Positions 37,892 through 50,782 of a DNA stretch of 64,000 nt are shown here, piece by piece. The notes under the pieces were generated by a model. It made no database searches. It was given only the letters and a program-made list of their open reading frames with translations, and was not told where the DNA came from. Source of the stretch: Scyliorhinus canicula. Lineage: Eukaryota. The stretch lies in assembly GCF_902713615.1 (NCBI RefSeq), contig NC_052146.1, positions 237,659,827-237,723,826 on the forward strand. Direction: 5' to 3'. A program made the translations under genes and the position numbers. Numbering within the stretch: the stretch's first letter is position 1; every line of letters begins with the position of its first letter.

Positions 37892-40499
37892 TATACTACG
37901 AACAGCAAAGGTCCCAGCACAGATCCCTGTGGAACACCACTAGCCACAGCCCTCCAATTAGAAAAGCACCCTTCCATTGCTACTCTCTGCCTTCTATGAC
38001 CTAGCCAGTTCTGTATCCATCTTGCCAGCTCACTCCTGATCCTGTGTGACTTCACCTTTTGTTTTTTTTGGGGTTTTTTTTGTTTTTTGTTTTGTTTTTT
38101 TCCCACCCACCCCGACCACCTTTTGTACCAGTCTACCATGAGGGACCTTGTCAAAGGCCTTACTGAAGTCCATATAGACAACATCCACTGCCCTACCTGC
38201 ATCAATCATATTTGTGACAACCTCTTCAAAAAACTCTATCAAGTTCATGAGACACGACCTCCCCTTCATAAAACCGTGCTGCCTCTCGCTAATACGTCCA
38301 TTTGCTTCCAAATGGGAGTAGATCCTGTCTCGAAGAATTCTCTCCAGTAATTTCCCTACCACCGACGTAAGACTCACCAGCCTGTAGTTCCCTGGATTAT
38401 CCTTGCTACCCTTCTTAAAGAAATGAACAACATTGGCTATTCTCCAGTCCTCCGAAACATCACCTGAAGACAGTGAGGATCCGAAGATTTCTGTCAAGGC
38501 CTCAGCAATTTCCTCTCTAGCCTCCTTCAGTATTCTGGGGTAGATCCCATCAGGCCCTGGGGACTTATCTACCTTACTATTTTTCAAGATGCCTTGTCTT
38601 TTTGGATCTCCATGTGGCCCAGGCTATCTACACACCCTTCTCCAGGCTCAACATCCACCAATTCCTTCTCTTTGGTGAATACTGATGCAAAGTATTCATT
38701 TAGGACCTCGCCCATTTCCTTTGAATCCACACATAGATTCCCTTGCCTATCTTTCAATGGGCCAACCCTTTGCCTGGCTACTCTCTTGCTTTTTATGTAC
38801 GTGTAGAAAGCCTTGGGATTTTCCTTAACCCTATTTGCCAGTGACTTGTCGTGACCCCCTTCTAGCCCTCCTGACTCCTTGTTTAAGTTCCTTCCTACTT
38901 TCCTTATATTCCACACAGGCTTTGTCTGTTCCCAGCCTTCTAGCCCTGACAAATGCCTCCTTTTTCTTTTTGATGAGGCCGATAATATCTATCGTCATCC
39001 AAGGTTCCTGAAATTTGCCATATTTATCCTTCTTCCGCACAGGAACATGCCAGTCTTGAATTCCTTTCAACTGACATTTGAAAGCCTCCCACATGTCAGA
39101 TGATGATTTACCCTCAAACATCCGCCCGCAATCTAGGTTCTTCAGTTCCCGCCTAATATTGTTATAATTAGCCTTCCCCCAATTTAGCACATTCACCCTA
39201 GGACCACTCTTATCCTTGTCCACCAGCACTTTAAAACTTACTGAATTGTGGTCACTGTTCCTGAAATGCTCCCCTACTGAAACTTCTACCACCTGGCTGG
39301 TCTCATTTCCCAATACCAGGTCCAGTACAGCTCCTTCCCTAGTTGGACTATCTACATATTGTTTTAAGAAGCCCTCCTGGATGCTCCTTACAAACTTCGC
39401 CTCGTCTAAGCCCCTAGCACTAAGTGAGTCCCAGTCAATATTGGGGAAATTGAAATCTCCCATCACAACAACTTTGTTGCTTTTACTCCTTTCCAAGATC
39501 TGTCTACCTATTTCCTCTTCTATCTTCCGCTGGCTGTTGGGAGGCCTGTAGGACCCCCAACATTGTGGCTGTACCCTTCATATTCATGATCTCTACCCAT
39601 ATAGCCTCGCTGCCCTCTGAGGTGTCCTCCTGTAGTACAGCTGTGATATTCTCCCTAACCAGTAGCGCAACTCCGCCACCCCTTTTACATCCCCCTCTAT
39701 CCCGCCTGAAACATCTAAATCCTGGAATGTTTAGCTGCCAATCCTGTCCTTCCCTCAATCAGGTCTCTGTAATCGAAGCAACATCATAGTTCTAAGTACT
39801 AATCCAAGCTCTAAATTCATCTGCCTTACCCATAATACTTCTTGGATTAAAACATGCACTTCAGGCCACCAGACCCGCTGTTTTCAGCAACATCTCTCTG
39901 TCTGCTCTTCCACAGAGCCATACTGGCCCTATTCCCTAGTTCTCCCTCAATGCTTCCACCTTCTGACCTATTGCTCCATTACCCACCCCGCTGCCATACT
40001 AGTTTAAACCCTCCCGTGTGACACTAGCAAACCTCGCCGTCAGGATATTTATGCCTCTCCAGTTTAGATGCATCAGTCCTTCCTATACAGGTCACACCTG
40101 GCCCCGGAAAAGCTCCCAGTGGTCCAGATAACGGAAACCCTCCCTCCTACACCAGCTGTTTAGCCACGTGTTTAGCTGTTCTATCTTCCTATTTCTAGCC
40201 TCACTGGCACATGGCACAGGGTGTAATCCCGAGATTACACCTTTGAAGCCCTGTCTTTTAAACTTTCTACCTAGCTCCCTGAACTCCTGCTGCAGGACCT
40301 CATGCCCCTTCCTGCCTATGTCATTAGTACCAATATGTACAACGATCTCTGCCTGTTTATCCTCCCCCTTTAGGATGCCCGCTACCCGTTCTGAGACATC
40401 CTGGACCCTGGCACCAGGGAGGCAACATACCATCCTGGAGTCTCTTTCACGTCCACAGAAGCACCTATCTGTGTCCCAGAAGTGCCTATCTGTGCCCCC

Positions 40500-40720
40500 T
40501 TGTGCCTCCTTGGGGACTTTAACATTATGATTAGAAAGGACTCCCAAATCTCAAAAGGAACCATCAGAAAGGAAGGAGTTGGGAATTGCAACTCCAATGT
40601 GGTTCTCCTGCTCACCAAATGTGCAGAACACCAGCTTGTCATCACAAACACACTGTTCTGCCAAAACGTTCAAGGCTTCCTGGAGACATCCAAGATCAAA
40701 GCACTAGCACATGATCTGTT
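40500..40720 (+). mobile_element. RTE-like LINE endonuclease fragment
   Basis: LLGDFN...GVGNCNSN..LLL..CAEHQLVITNTLF is typical of the RTE/BovB APE domain. Confidence 0.65.
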
Positions 40721-41425
40721 TGGACCCATTTGGCTTTCTAGTTGCATGAGCACAGGCATGATTAATTATGTCGAGGTTTTCTGATCACGACAAATTAAGA
40801 ACATAATAAAAAACTAGCCGAATTGCAGGAAGGCATTGGCAAGTTAGTGCAAGTTGACAAAGAGGTGGAAAATGTAGTTCATTGTAGAAATCCAAATTAC
40901 AAAATCTAACAGTACGGAAAGATGCAATTCACCCATCTTGCCAGTGTATTTGTGAAAAACATGAGCAAATGAAAGTATACGCTAAAGGCACGAGTCAGCT
41001 GCGGGGTGGGGGGGGGGGGGGGGGTGAGAGGGTGGCGGTGAGACCTAGGGGTGTAGATATATAGATCCTTAGAGCTGGAAGTTCAAATAGAAAAGCAAGC
41101 AGAATTCTTGATTTTATATGTATGTAGAGGCATTGAATAAAAAAGCAAGGAAATTATGTTGATTTTGTACAGGATATTAATTACTTCACTGTTGGTTATC
41201 CCCATCTAGGAAGAAAACCATATGGATAGTACGGTGATGCAGTAGAGTGATCGGTTGCAAACAGGAAGAAAGGCTTGAAAAACGATGACAATTTTTCACT
41301 AAAATAGAGAAGGTTAAGGAGATCTAAAAGAGGTTAGATTGGAGAAGATTAAGGGAACCTAACAGAGGTTTTCAGATTTCAGTTTTAGACTGTAAATAGT
41401 GAAAGGTGTTTCCACTGGTAGACAC

Positions 41426-42787
41426 TGTTAGGAAACTGAGGTGGTTTTATATAATCTATGTTTGTATTTATGGGTATCAGAAATAAGGTATAGCTTAAGC
41501 AAGTTTAAGACCATAAGTCATAGGAGCAGAATTAGGACATTCAGCCCATCAGGTCTGCTCTGCCATTCAATCAAGGCAGATATGTTTCTCATCCCCATTC
41601 TCCTGCCTTCTCCCCATAACTTCTGATCCCCGTATTAATCAAGTTTAATTTTCTGTGTCTGTGTAAGGGTTGAAACTTTAGTTAGCTCATGTTAACAATG
41701 GTACCTGTACGTTTGTGGGTTTTGGTTTAATTTCAAACTGTGCCTGCATTGTAATTAAAGGTTTTATGATGTGAACACAAACAGAAAGACTATGCTGTTG
41801 CTTAGCAGGAGCCCAAACTGATATGCATAAGCACTTGTTCTGTAGTTGGAGCCAAGTAACTCAGAAGAAAGCCATTCTCATTGAAACTGGAGTAAGGGGC
41901 AGAAACCAAGTTGCATAAGCTAAATAACAGATAGTTCTAGAAACCAGAGAATGAAACAGTATGTCTGAAGAAGAAGTTAAGTAAATGGGAAAGGAACTGG
42001 AATCTGAACATGGTACTGCTCACTGAAATTAAAGAAAGGGACAGAGAGAGGCTCCCAGTTAAAGATAGAGCTGAAAAATGCTGACCTGGGGAGGTTGGCT
42101 AGTGGGAAGCCAGATACCTGAAGTAATCCTCAGGTTAGTTACCTTAGTTCATCCTAAGAAGTAGTGTTCTGTTGGCATGGCATGGTACCTGAGAGATTGT
42201 GTGGATGCTTGTATGCCGTGGCAATCCAAGGCAGAAGAATACTGAAAGAAGAGATTTAAATCTTGGAAGAGGATCCTTGCTGAATGGATCCAAGAGAAAG
42301 CATAGTTTGTAATAAGATTCGAAGGCTTGTTTTTCGAGAATGGGGTTTGGAAACATTTGTGTGGAAGTCGGAGTTCTAGTGAGACCAGTTGGCTTATAGT
42401 CAAGCGCCTGGAGGGATTTGATGAGAAATCCACAGTAGTTGTATTGGGTGGCATCTGCCACTTGGTTTCAGAGTGTGGTGTGTCTGACCACAGTTGGCCT
42501 GTTGGTTTACATGGACTGGGTATTTACTGAGAACATGAGAGCTTCATACATTCTGTAACTTGTGCTATCCTTAAAAATCTGTGTACATCTGTGAAGTGAT
42601 GGCATGAAGGAATATTGTATTATAGTGATGTTTAATTGATATTTAATTATTTTGTTAAAAGATAATTAGTAGTCCTGCAACTGTTCATCCATGTCTCTCA
42701 GCAAAAAATACAAGTTACAGTCTATTGAGACAGGGTTCTATTCTGGGACCTGACTATATAGTAGTAACATCAGCTGGGGTCGTAACA
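41426..42787. mobile_element. Probable solo LTR
   Basis: TGTTAGGA...TCGTAACA inverted termini; 4-bp flanks ACAC/GCAC; interrupts a CR1 RT remnant; contains a CR1 3' fragment at about 41510-41640. Confidence 0.6.
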
Positions 42788-43374
42788 GCACTTTGAGAAA
42801 AAGGAGTCATGATCTGAAGCGTATCACTAGAAGAGAAAAAGGTGGAAGTTGAAAGAAATGGTGTTCATAGAAAATTATTAGAATAAAGAATGTTTATATG
42901 AGAATAGCTATTGGAGACAGAGGCATGACTTCATTTAAAAATGAATTAGAATGGAAAGGCCAAAAATAAAGGGCAAAGATAGAGAAAATCACTGGTTCAG
43001 TGGATAGGAATAAGTTTTTATCAATTTTCAATTACTTTTGCTTGTTCCAGCCCTTTTGAAATCTTATCAATAAAACTGTAAAATTTATGACTCATTGTCT
43101 GAATGTGTTTCAGAATCATACTGAATCAATAAAATTCTGTTTTTATTGTTCCAGCTATTTTATATGAACAATGTCGATGAATATTACTATACTATTCAAT
43201 TATAGGAGGGATCATAACAGGTCTTGACCTCATTAAAATAAAGATATAGCATCGTTCACGATCATACGATGTTTCAAAACACTTTTCAGCGAATAAAATA
43301 TTTTTGAACTGTAGTCACTTTTAATGTTGGAATCGGCGCTGCCAAATTGTATACAGCAGGTCAACTATAAACCC

Positions 43375-43659
43375 CGGGCAGGCCTCCTTTACTAAATGGC
43401 AATTGCGAAAAACTCCGGAACTAATACTCCTTTGCTAAGATGATCATCGCTCTCGGCCACCGTCTCCTTTACTAACATGGCCGTCGAATAGAGTCTCACG
43501 AAATAAGATGGCCATCGATCTCGGCCATCGAACCTGGCTATCGATTAGCGTTTCCTTTACGAAGATGGCCGGGACCGACTTAATTCGCTTCCTGCTGCTC
43601 AGCGGCGATGTGTATTGTGGGAACTAAAATGGCGGCTTCCAGGCAATGAAGAGTGTCAG
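43375..43659 (+). promoter_or_regulatory. MTIF2: Putative MTIF2 promoter and non-coding first exon
   Basis: Non-TE CpG-rich island upstream of the MTIF2 coding exons. YY1-type AAAATGGCGGC at 43626-43636, several AAGATGGCC-like motifs, ETS-like CCGGAA/CTTCC motifs, candidate donor CAG|gtaccc at 43659/43660. Confidence 0.6.
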
Positions 43660-43977
43660 GTACCCTTGTAGATACATTGCTAATTAATATGGTCTGTATC
43701 CTAGCTTGTCAGTTGGACTCTGATAGGTAGGTAGCGGAGGTTAATAAAATTTGGGCAATGTAAGGTTATAGTTGACCTGCTGTATGCAATTCGGCCGGTA
43801 GTGCTGCTCCACGATTCGAACAGATCATGAATGATTATCTCCCTCAACACCATTTTCCCCTCACTATTCCCGTATCCTTGCTGTCATTAGTTTTCAAATT
43901 TCTGTCTTGAACATGTTCAATGAACTTACACAGCTCCCTGAGTTAGAGAATGCCAAAGATTAACCATCCTCTGTGAT

Positions 43978-45304
43978 CACAGGAAGAAGTCTTACAGGTT
44001 AAAGTCCAACATATTTGTTTCAAACACTAGCTTTCGAAGCACTGCTCCTTCCTCAGGTGAATGAAGAGGTATGTTCCAGAAACATATATATAGACAAATT
44101 CAAAGATGCCAGACAATGCTTAGAATGCGAGCATTTGCAGGTAATTAAGTCTTTACAGATCCAGAGATACGGATAACCCCAGGTTAAAGAGGTGTGAATT
44201 GTCTCAAACCAGGACAATTGGTAGGATTTTGCAAGCCCAGGCCAGATGGTGGGGGATGAATGTAATGCGACATGAATCCCAGGTCCCGGTTGAGGCTGCA
44301 CTCGTGTGCGGAACTTGGCTATAAGTTTCTGCTCGGTGATTCTCCATTGTCACGCGTCCTGAAGGTCGCCTTGGAGAACGCTTAACCAGAGATCAGAGGC
44401 TGAATGCCCTTGACTGCTGAAGTGTTTCCCGACGGGAAGGGAACATTCCTGCCTGGTGATTGTCGCGCGATGTCCGGTCATTCATTGTCGCAGCGTCTGC
44501 ATGGTCTCGCTAATGTACCACGCTTCGGGACATCCTTTCCTGCAGCGTATGAGTTAGAAGACATTGGCCGAGTCACATGAGTATGTACCATGTACCTGGT
44601 GGGTGGTGCCCTCACGTGTAATGGTGGTGCCCATGTCGATGATCTGCCATGTCTTGCAGAGATTGCCATGGCAGGGTTGTGGTGTCATGGTCGCTGTTCT
44701 GAAGGCTAGGTAGTTTGCTGCAAACAATGGTTTGTTTGAGGTTGCGCGGCTGTTTGAAGGCAAGTAGTGGGGGGTGGGGATGACCTTGGCAAGATGTTCA
44801 TCTTCATCGATGACGTGTTGAAGGCTGCGAAGAAGATGTTGTAGTTTCTCCGCTCCGGGAAAGTACTGGACGGCGAAGGGTACTCTGTCGGTTGTGTCCT
44901 GTGTTTGTCTTCCGAGGAGGTCGGTGCGGTTTTTTGCTGTGGCGCGTTGGAACTGTCGATCGATGAGTCGAGCGCCATATCCCGTTCGTACGAGGGCATC
45001 TTTCAGCGTCTGTAGATGTCTGTTACGCTCCTCCTCGTCTGAGCAGATCCTGTGTATATGGAGGGCTTGTCCTTTGGGGATGGCCTCTTTAATGTGTTTA
45101 GGGTGGAAGCCGGAGAAGTGGAGCATCGTGAGGCTATCCGTGGGCTTGCAGTAAAGCGAGGTGCTGAGGTGACCGTCCTTGATGGAGACGAGTGTGTCCA
45201 AGAATGCAACTGATTTTGGAGAGTAGTCCATGGTGAGTCTGATGGTGGGATGGAATTTATTGATGTCGTTGTGTAGTCGTTTCAGTGATTCTTCGCTGTG
45301 GGTC
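43978..45304 (-). mobile_element. Penelope-like element (RT C-terminus and GIY-YIG region), 5'-truncated
   Basis: INKFHPTIRLT...FLD...YCKPTD, then PCHGNLCKT...YSCDSANV. Confidence 0.8.
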
Positions 45305-47034
45305 CTCAAAACAATCTTAAGAAATTTGTCAAAGGGATTCCCCTTTTGTAATATCATTTTGACTTATTCTAATGGTACTATGCTTTTCTAAGCTCAAAAG
45401 ATTTCTTTAATAATAGGTTCCAGCATTTTCTCAACAACTAATGTTAGGTTTGTAATTCACCGTTTTCTCTTTTCCCTTCTTATTTGAAAAGCGGGATAAT
45501 ATTTTGTCAATCTGGTGGGACTATTCCTGATTCTAAGGAGTTTTGGAAAATCATAGATAGCACATCCACTATTTCTTCAGCTATCTCTTTTAGAACTATA
45601 GAAGCATTATAGTGCAGAAGGAGGCCATTTAGTCTATTGAGTCAGCACCGACCCCCCGAAAGAACACCCCATCCAGGCCAACTCTCCTGCCCTGGCCCCG
45701 TAATCCCCATTACCCCACCTAATCTGCAATTTATCATGGCCAATCCATCTAACCTGCATATCTTTGGACTGTGGGAGGAAACCGGAGCACCCGGAGGAAA
45801 TCCATGCAGACATGGGGAGAAAGTGTAAACACCACACAGTCACACAATGCTGGAATTGAACCCGGTTCTTGGTTGCTATGGGGCAGCAGTGCTAACCACT
45901 GTAAAAGGAGGAGTCAGGATGATTAAGGGCCAAAAATGAGTTTTACATATAGAGACAGGGGGAATAGCTGAAGTATTAAATTAATACTTTACATTTGTGT
46001 TTTTGAAGGAAGAAGATACTATGGTGAAAGGGGAATTAATTCAGAAACTTAAAGGGTTTAAAATTAATAAGGAAGTTAGACAGGCTGTCTATATTTAAAA
46101 TTGATAAGGCACCAGCATCAGATAGAATCAAGGATACTGAGGGAAATTAACCATCACGATCTCACACTCACATTTCTGTCCTCAACCTATGCAGTGTTAA
46201 ATCCAATTCAAGCTGCAGGAACAGTGCTTTATCTTCTGATTAGACACTTTACAGCCTTCTGGACTCAACGTTGAGCCTTCTGGACTCAACGTTGAGTTCG
46301 ACAACTTTAGATCATTAACTCTGTTCTCCATTTTGAATTTCTCTTCACCGAGTTTCAGTTTGTATCTTGTTTTCATTTTATTGCTTTCATAGCTGACCTT
46401 TATTCTTCTATTAACACCTACTCTGGATCAGTGCTCTGTTTTCTTACTACTACCATTACCTCACTGTCGCCTTTTGTTCCATGACTCTTTGTTATTTTTC
46501 TCTTCCTCCTTCTCACCTATCCCAACCTTCCCTTTTGTTCCACCTGATGCCTCCCATTATGCAAAAGCATGAAACCCATCACATTTCTACCTCTCTTCAG
46601 TTCCAAAGACGAGTCATATTGGACTTTAAATGTTAACTCTGGTTTTTCTCCACGGATGCTGCTAGACCACTGTGTTTTTCCAGCATTTTCTATTTTGATA
46701 TAAGGCTGAGAGGAGATTGTTTTGAGGGATTCAAAATCATGAGGAGCCTGGGCAGAATAGGTTGGGAGAAACTGTTTCCACTGGTAAAAGGATTAAGAAC
46801 AAGAGGACATAGATTTAAAGCAGTTGGCAAAAGAAGCAAAAGCACATGGGGTTACGGGGATAGGGTGAAGGTGTGGGCTTAGGTAGGGTGCTCTTTCCAA
46901 GGGTCAGTGCCAACTTGATGGGCAGAATGGCCTCCTTCTGCACGGTAAATTCTATGATTCCAAGCAGCGAGGGATTAAGGTCTGGAATCGACTACCTAAT
47001 AGTCTGATGAAGGCATGTTCAATCAAGACATTCA

Positions 47035-47233
47035 ATCGCTTCTCAGCCTTTTGGCTAAGATGAGCATGGGATCAGGTGTAATGCCTGGATCTGATAGTTT
47101 CTCTTGCGGGGACCATGAATTGGATTAAATTTGAATTGGTTTTTGGAGCAGGCAAGGAGCTGGATTAGGGGTTTGCCCCTCTGCAGACTCTGAGCTCTGG
47201 CTTTGTAACTCTGATAAAGTAATATTTAAAAAA
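47035..47233 (+). ncRNA. U2 snRNA-derived retroposon (divergent U2 pseudogene or U2-headed SINE)
   Basis: Starts ATCGCTTCTCAGCCTTTTGGCTAAGAT, the U2 5' end. Later U2-like blocks: ATCTGATA, TTTTTGGAGCAGG, GGGGTTTGCCCC. A-tail; TSD AATCAAGACATTCA at 47021-47034 and 47234-47247. Confidence 0.85.
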
Positions 47234-50200
47234 AATCAAGACATTCAAAAGAGAATTAAAAAATTAACAAAGTGCTGTCCGATCCCATATAACAGTGGAC
47301 ATTTTGTTTTGGGTTTTGCCAGTGTGGGCTTGTTGAGTATGGCCTGCATTCTGCCTATTACGAACAACTGAAGGATCATGCTAGTTTGAATCTGCAACTG
47401 GATAGCATTTGCTGAATAATCCTGAGTACGCTAATAGCTACAGTAGCAATCAACTTAACATAATCAACAAACTCGTAATGTGGCTCATTTACGCTTGATA
47501 GAGACATACATTCATACACAGGGACCTGTTCTTTGCAAACAAAAGGACTATGTTCAAACCTTACACCTTTTTTGAATAATGTAAGAGTTTGGTGAACCTA
47601 TATTTCCCTGTTACTCGTGATTGGTGACACCTCACCCAAACACAGTTGACTTGCCAGCCAATCTGCACCCTTTTTTGCTATTGTATAAATGATTGTGATC
47701 ACTTGAAATTTGTCAATCCTGATGAGTGCAAGATTAAAAATTTCAGAGACATGTTTCTTTTTAACAATAATTGAAACTCATTATAAATGGGAACCCAAGA
47801 GAGAAATTCTGATGATGGTTCACACCAGTGTTACCTTGTCTGCTCTTTCCATAGATACTACTTGACCTACAGAGTGTGCCCAGTAATTCTTGTTTCTGAG
47901 TTGGAATTAATGCCATTTTTGGACTTTGCACATTCTCCCCGTTTCTGCATGGATATCGCCCCACAACCCAAAGATGTGCAGGGTAGGTGGATTGGCTATG
48001 CTATATTACCCCTTAATTGGCAAAAAAGGAATTGGCTACTCTAAATTTATTCAAAAAAAGGAATTAATGGCATTTTTACTTTGAAGTGGGTATATTCTGG
48101 GATTCCTTCTGTTTTGGTCAGTGATTTGGATTTAGAGTTTGAAGTTATGGAGTTCAAATCTATAGATGATACTCAAATAGGAATTATAGCAAATAATTCT
48201 GCGAACCAAAGAATGTTGCATAGTGATTTTGATAAAATAGGGGCATGGACAAAATAGTGACAAATGGAAATCAATGTTATTAAATATAAGGTGGTACATT
48301 TTAGATACAAAATATAATGTATATTCTTTGGGCCAGCTGTACCTAGCTCAACTGCCTAATGTTGGATGATGTGGAACAGCAGAAGAATTTCAGGATTCAG
48401 GTTCACAAGACGTTTAGAACAACACCTCAAATGGACAAGGCTACTAATAAAGCTAAAAGAATGCTGCTTTTTTGACAAGCGATAGGGAATATAAAATTTG
48501 TGAGGTAATTGTGAATTTACATAAAACCTCAACAAGAGTAGTTTTGGGCACCATGCTATATGAAAGATATGGAGGCAATAGAGAATGTTCAGTGCTCACT
48601 GATCTCAGTATTGAATATAACGTAAAAGTTGCCACAGTCCCAGAGGCTGCTCTCCCTTTTGAGAGCTGACTGGTGGTGATTTAACCTGAGGATCACTACA
48701 TCTCAGATGGAGCTTTTGTGAATAACCTCAGCCAGTACGGGAATTGAACCCGCACTATTGGCGTCGCTCTGCATCACAAACCAGCCATCCAACCAAATGA
48801 GTTAACCAACCATATACTTATCAACTGACTATCCACAAATAGCTGGGATAGGGAATTTGCTCTACATCTCCTCATCTCCATCTTAAATTTTCGATCCTGA
48901 GTGAATGACCCCTAATTCGAGACTCTTCAGCAAGGGAGAATTGTACGAGTTTCAATGAGGTCAGCTCTACACTAGAGTATAGAGGCTCATTCTACTCAAT
49001 CTCCCCTCATAGGACAGCCGTTCCATCTCAGGAATCAATCTAATGAGGATTGGACAGTCAAGTCACGAGGAAACAAAGGCATGGACTGAGGGTTTCAACA
49101 GCAGGAAAGCTGAAGCAGGGCAGAGTTAGGCGATGTTACAAAGCTGGGGGTAGGTGGTATCTGTAGTATGTACAAATACAAAGAAACACTTGAAAAGTTG
49201 AAGCTCTTTTTGTTAGGAGATTGAGGTGATTTAATGGTGTTTAAAATATAGGATGGAATAGAACAGAAATAGAACATTTTCAGTGATTGAGGGTTCTCAC
49301 GGTAGCACAGTGATTTGCACTGTTGCTTCACAGCGCCAGGGTCCCAGGTTCGATTCCCGGCTTGGGTTACTGTCTGTGCAGAGTCTGCACGGTTTCCCTG
49401 TGTCTGCGTGGGTTTCCTCTGGGTGCTCCGGTTTCCCCTCACAAGTCCCGAAAGACGTGCTGTTCGGTGAATTAGACATTCTAAATTCTCCCTCTGTGTA
49501 CCCAAACAGGCGCCAGAATGTGGCGAACAAGGACTTTTCACAGTAACTTAATTGCAGTGTTAATGTAAGCCTACCTGTGACAATAAACATTATTAATTAA
49601 TTAATTTAATTTAATTTAGAATCATAGAATCACTACAGTGCAGAAGGAGGCCATTCAGCCTATTGAGTCTGCACCAACCCCCCCACCCCCCCCAGAGAAT
49701 ATCCAGGCCCATGCCCCCTCCCCATCCCCGCAACCCCACTTAATCTTGTGGGACTCTAAGGGACAATTTATCATGGCCAATCCACCTAACCTGCATGTTT
49801 TTGGACTCTGGGAGGAAACCGGAGCACCCGGAGGAAACCTGTGCAAACACAAGGAGATTATGCAAACTCCACACAGTCACCTGAGGCCAGAATTGAACCC
49901 TGGTCCCTGACGCTGTGAGGCAGCAGTGCTAACCACTGTGCCATCATGCTGCCCAACACTTAAATGTAAAAGATTTGGGATGGAGAATCGGAGAAACTCT
50001 TTCTAGAGAAAATTGTGATGTTTGAAATGCACCAGCAGATTTGATGATTGAAATAAGTCAATATTATGAAGACCCAATGACTTAGTTCACAAACAAGAAT
50101 GACTATGTGGGCAAGGTGTCAAATCCTGGCTGAAATAACCATAACATTGTCATCCTTTATATGAGAAGTAATCTTAATTCCACAACTCTGTCCCTATATA

Positions 50201-50584
50201 CCTTTATTCCTCTTTCCTGATGCACCTATCTTGTTAACTGAATTTCATGCAGATACACACACGCAGAAATATCCAGTAGGTCAATTATCAATACTGGGAC
50301 CTTTGTCGTCTTTACGGCTGAAGACCTCATTAGCTTAACCACTTTGGAATTAGCAATATGAATGTTTAGTTTTTTAATATTGTAACAATGATGGTGCAAA
50401 ATGTATTGTTATAAAGTAAATAACTTGCATTTATATAGTGCCTTTGACTTCCACAGAAAATCCCTAAATGCTTTGCAGCCAATTATACATTTTATAAATA
50501 CTTAAATATATTAAATAGTATAAGAACTTTATCAATATTGACAGTCTTAAAATGCCTTATAAATGATTTTATCCCCAGTTGGTG

Positions 50585-50782
50585 ATGATGATGAGAAGAT
50601 TGTTGGTCAGACTGAAGCCTGCGACATGGAAGCAGTGTATTCATGGGATCCATACTCTGAGATGGAGAGATACGTATGACATGTGGTTGCGTCCAGGCCT
50701 AGTGGTTTTGCAACAAAGCTGGATACCTGGAGGCATCATCAAATTTAGACTGCCATTTATCAGACATTTAGTTACTAAAAAG
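50585..50782 (+). CDS. MTIF2: MTIF2 first coding exon (mitochondrial presequence region)
   Basis: Acceptor ccccag|50579, then ATG ATG ATG; Arg-rich N-terminus ending HLVTKK|gtatgg, similar to human RLLVTKK (recalled). Confidence 0.8.

Larger units (their letters stand above)
35842..40500 (-). mobile_element. Near-full-length, degenerate CR1 LINE
   Basis: 3' (TTCTTTG)n tail. RT segments (KFADDTK; DFSKAFDKVPH; SPGPDGI), APE endonuclease (MGDFNFP...LDLV), ORF1 SGNH esterase segment (VCCLPGA...VHIGTND). Broken by frameshifts and nested insertions. Confidence 0.92.

Noticed and set aside
46254-46296. 21-bp tandem duplication
   Set aside because: Ordinary slippage inside a degenerate repeat.
47035-47233. 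Functional canonical U2 snRNA gene
   Set aside because: Branch-recognition and Sm sites are altered, stem IV is absent, and it is flanked by a TSD within a CR1 remnant rather than an snRNA promoter.
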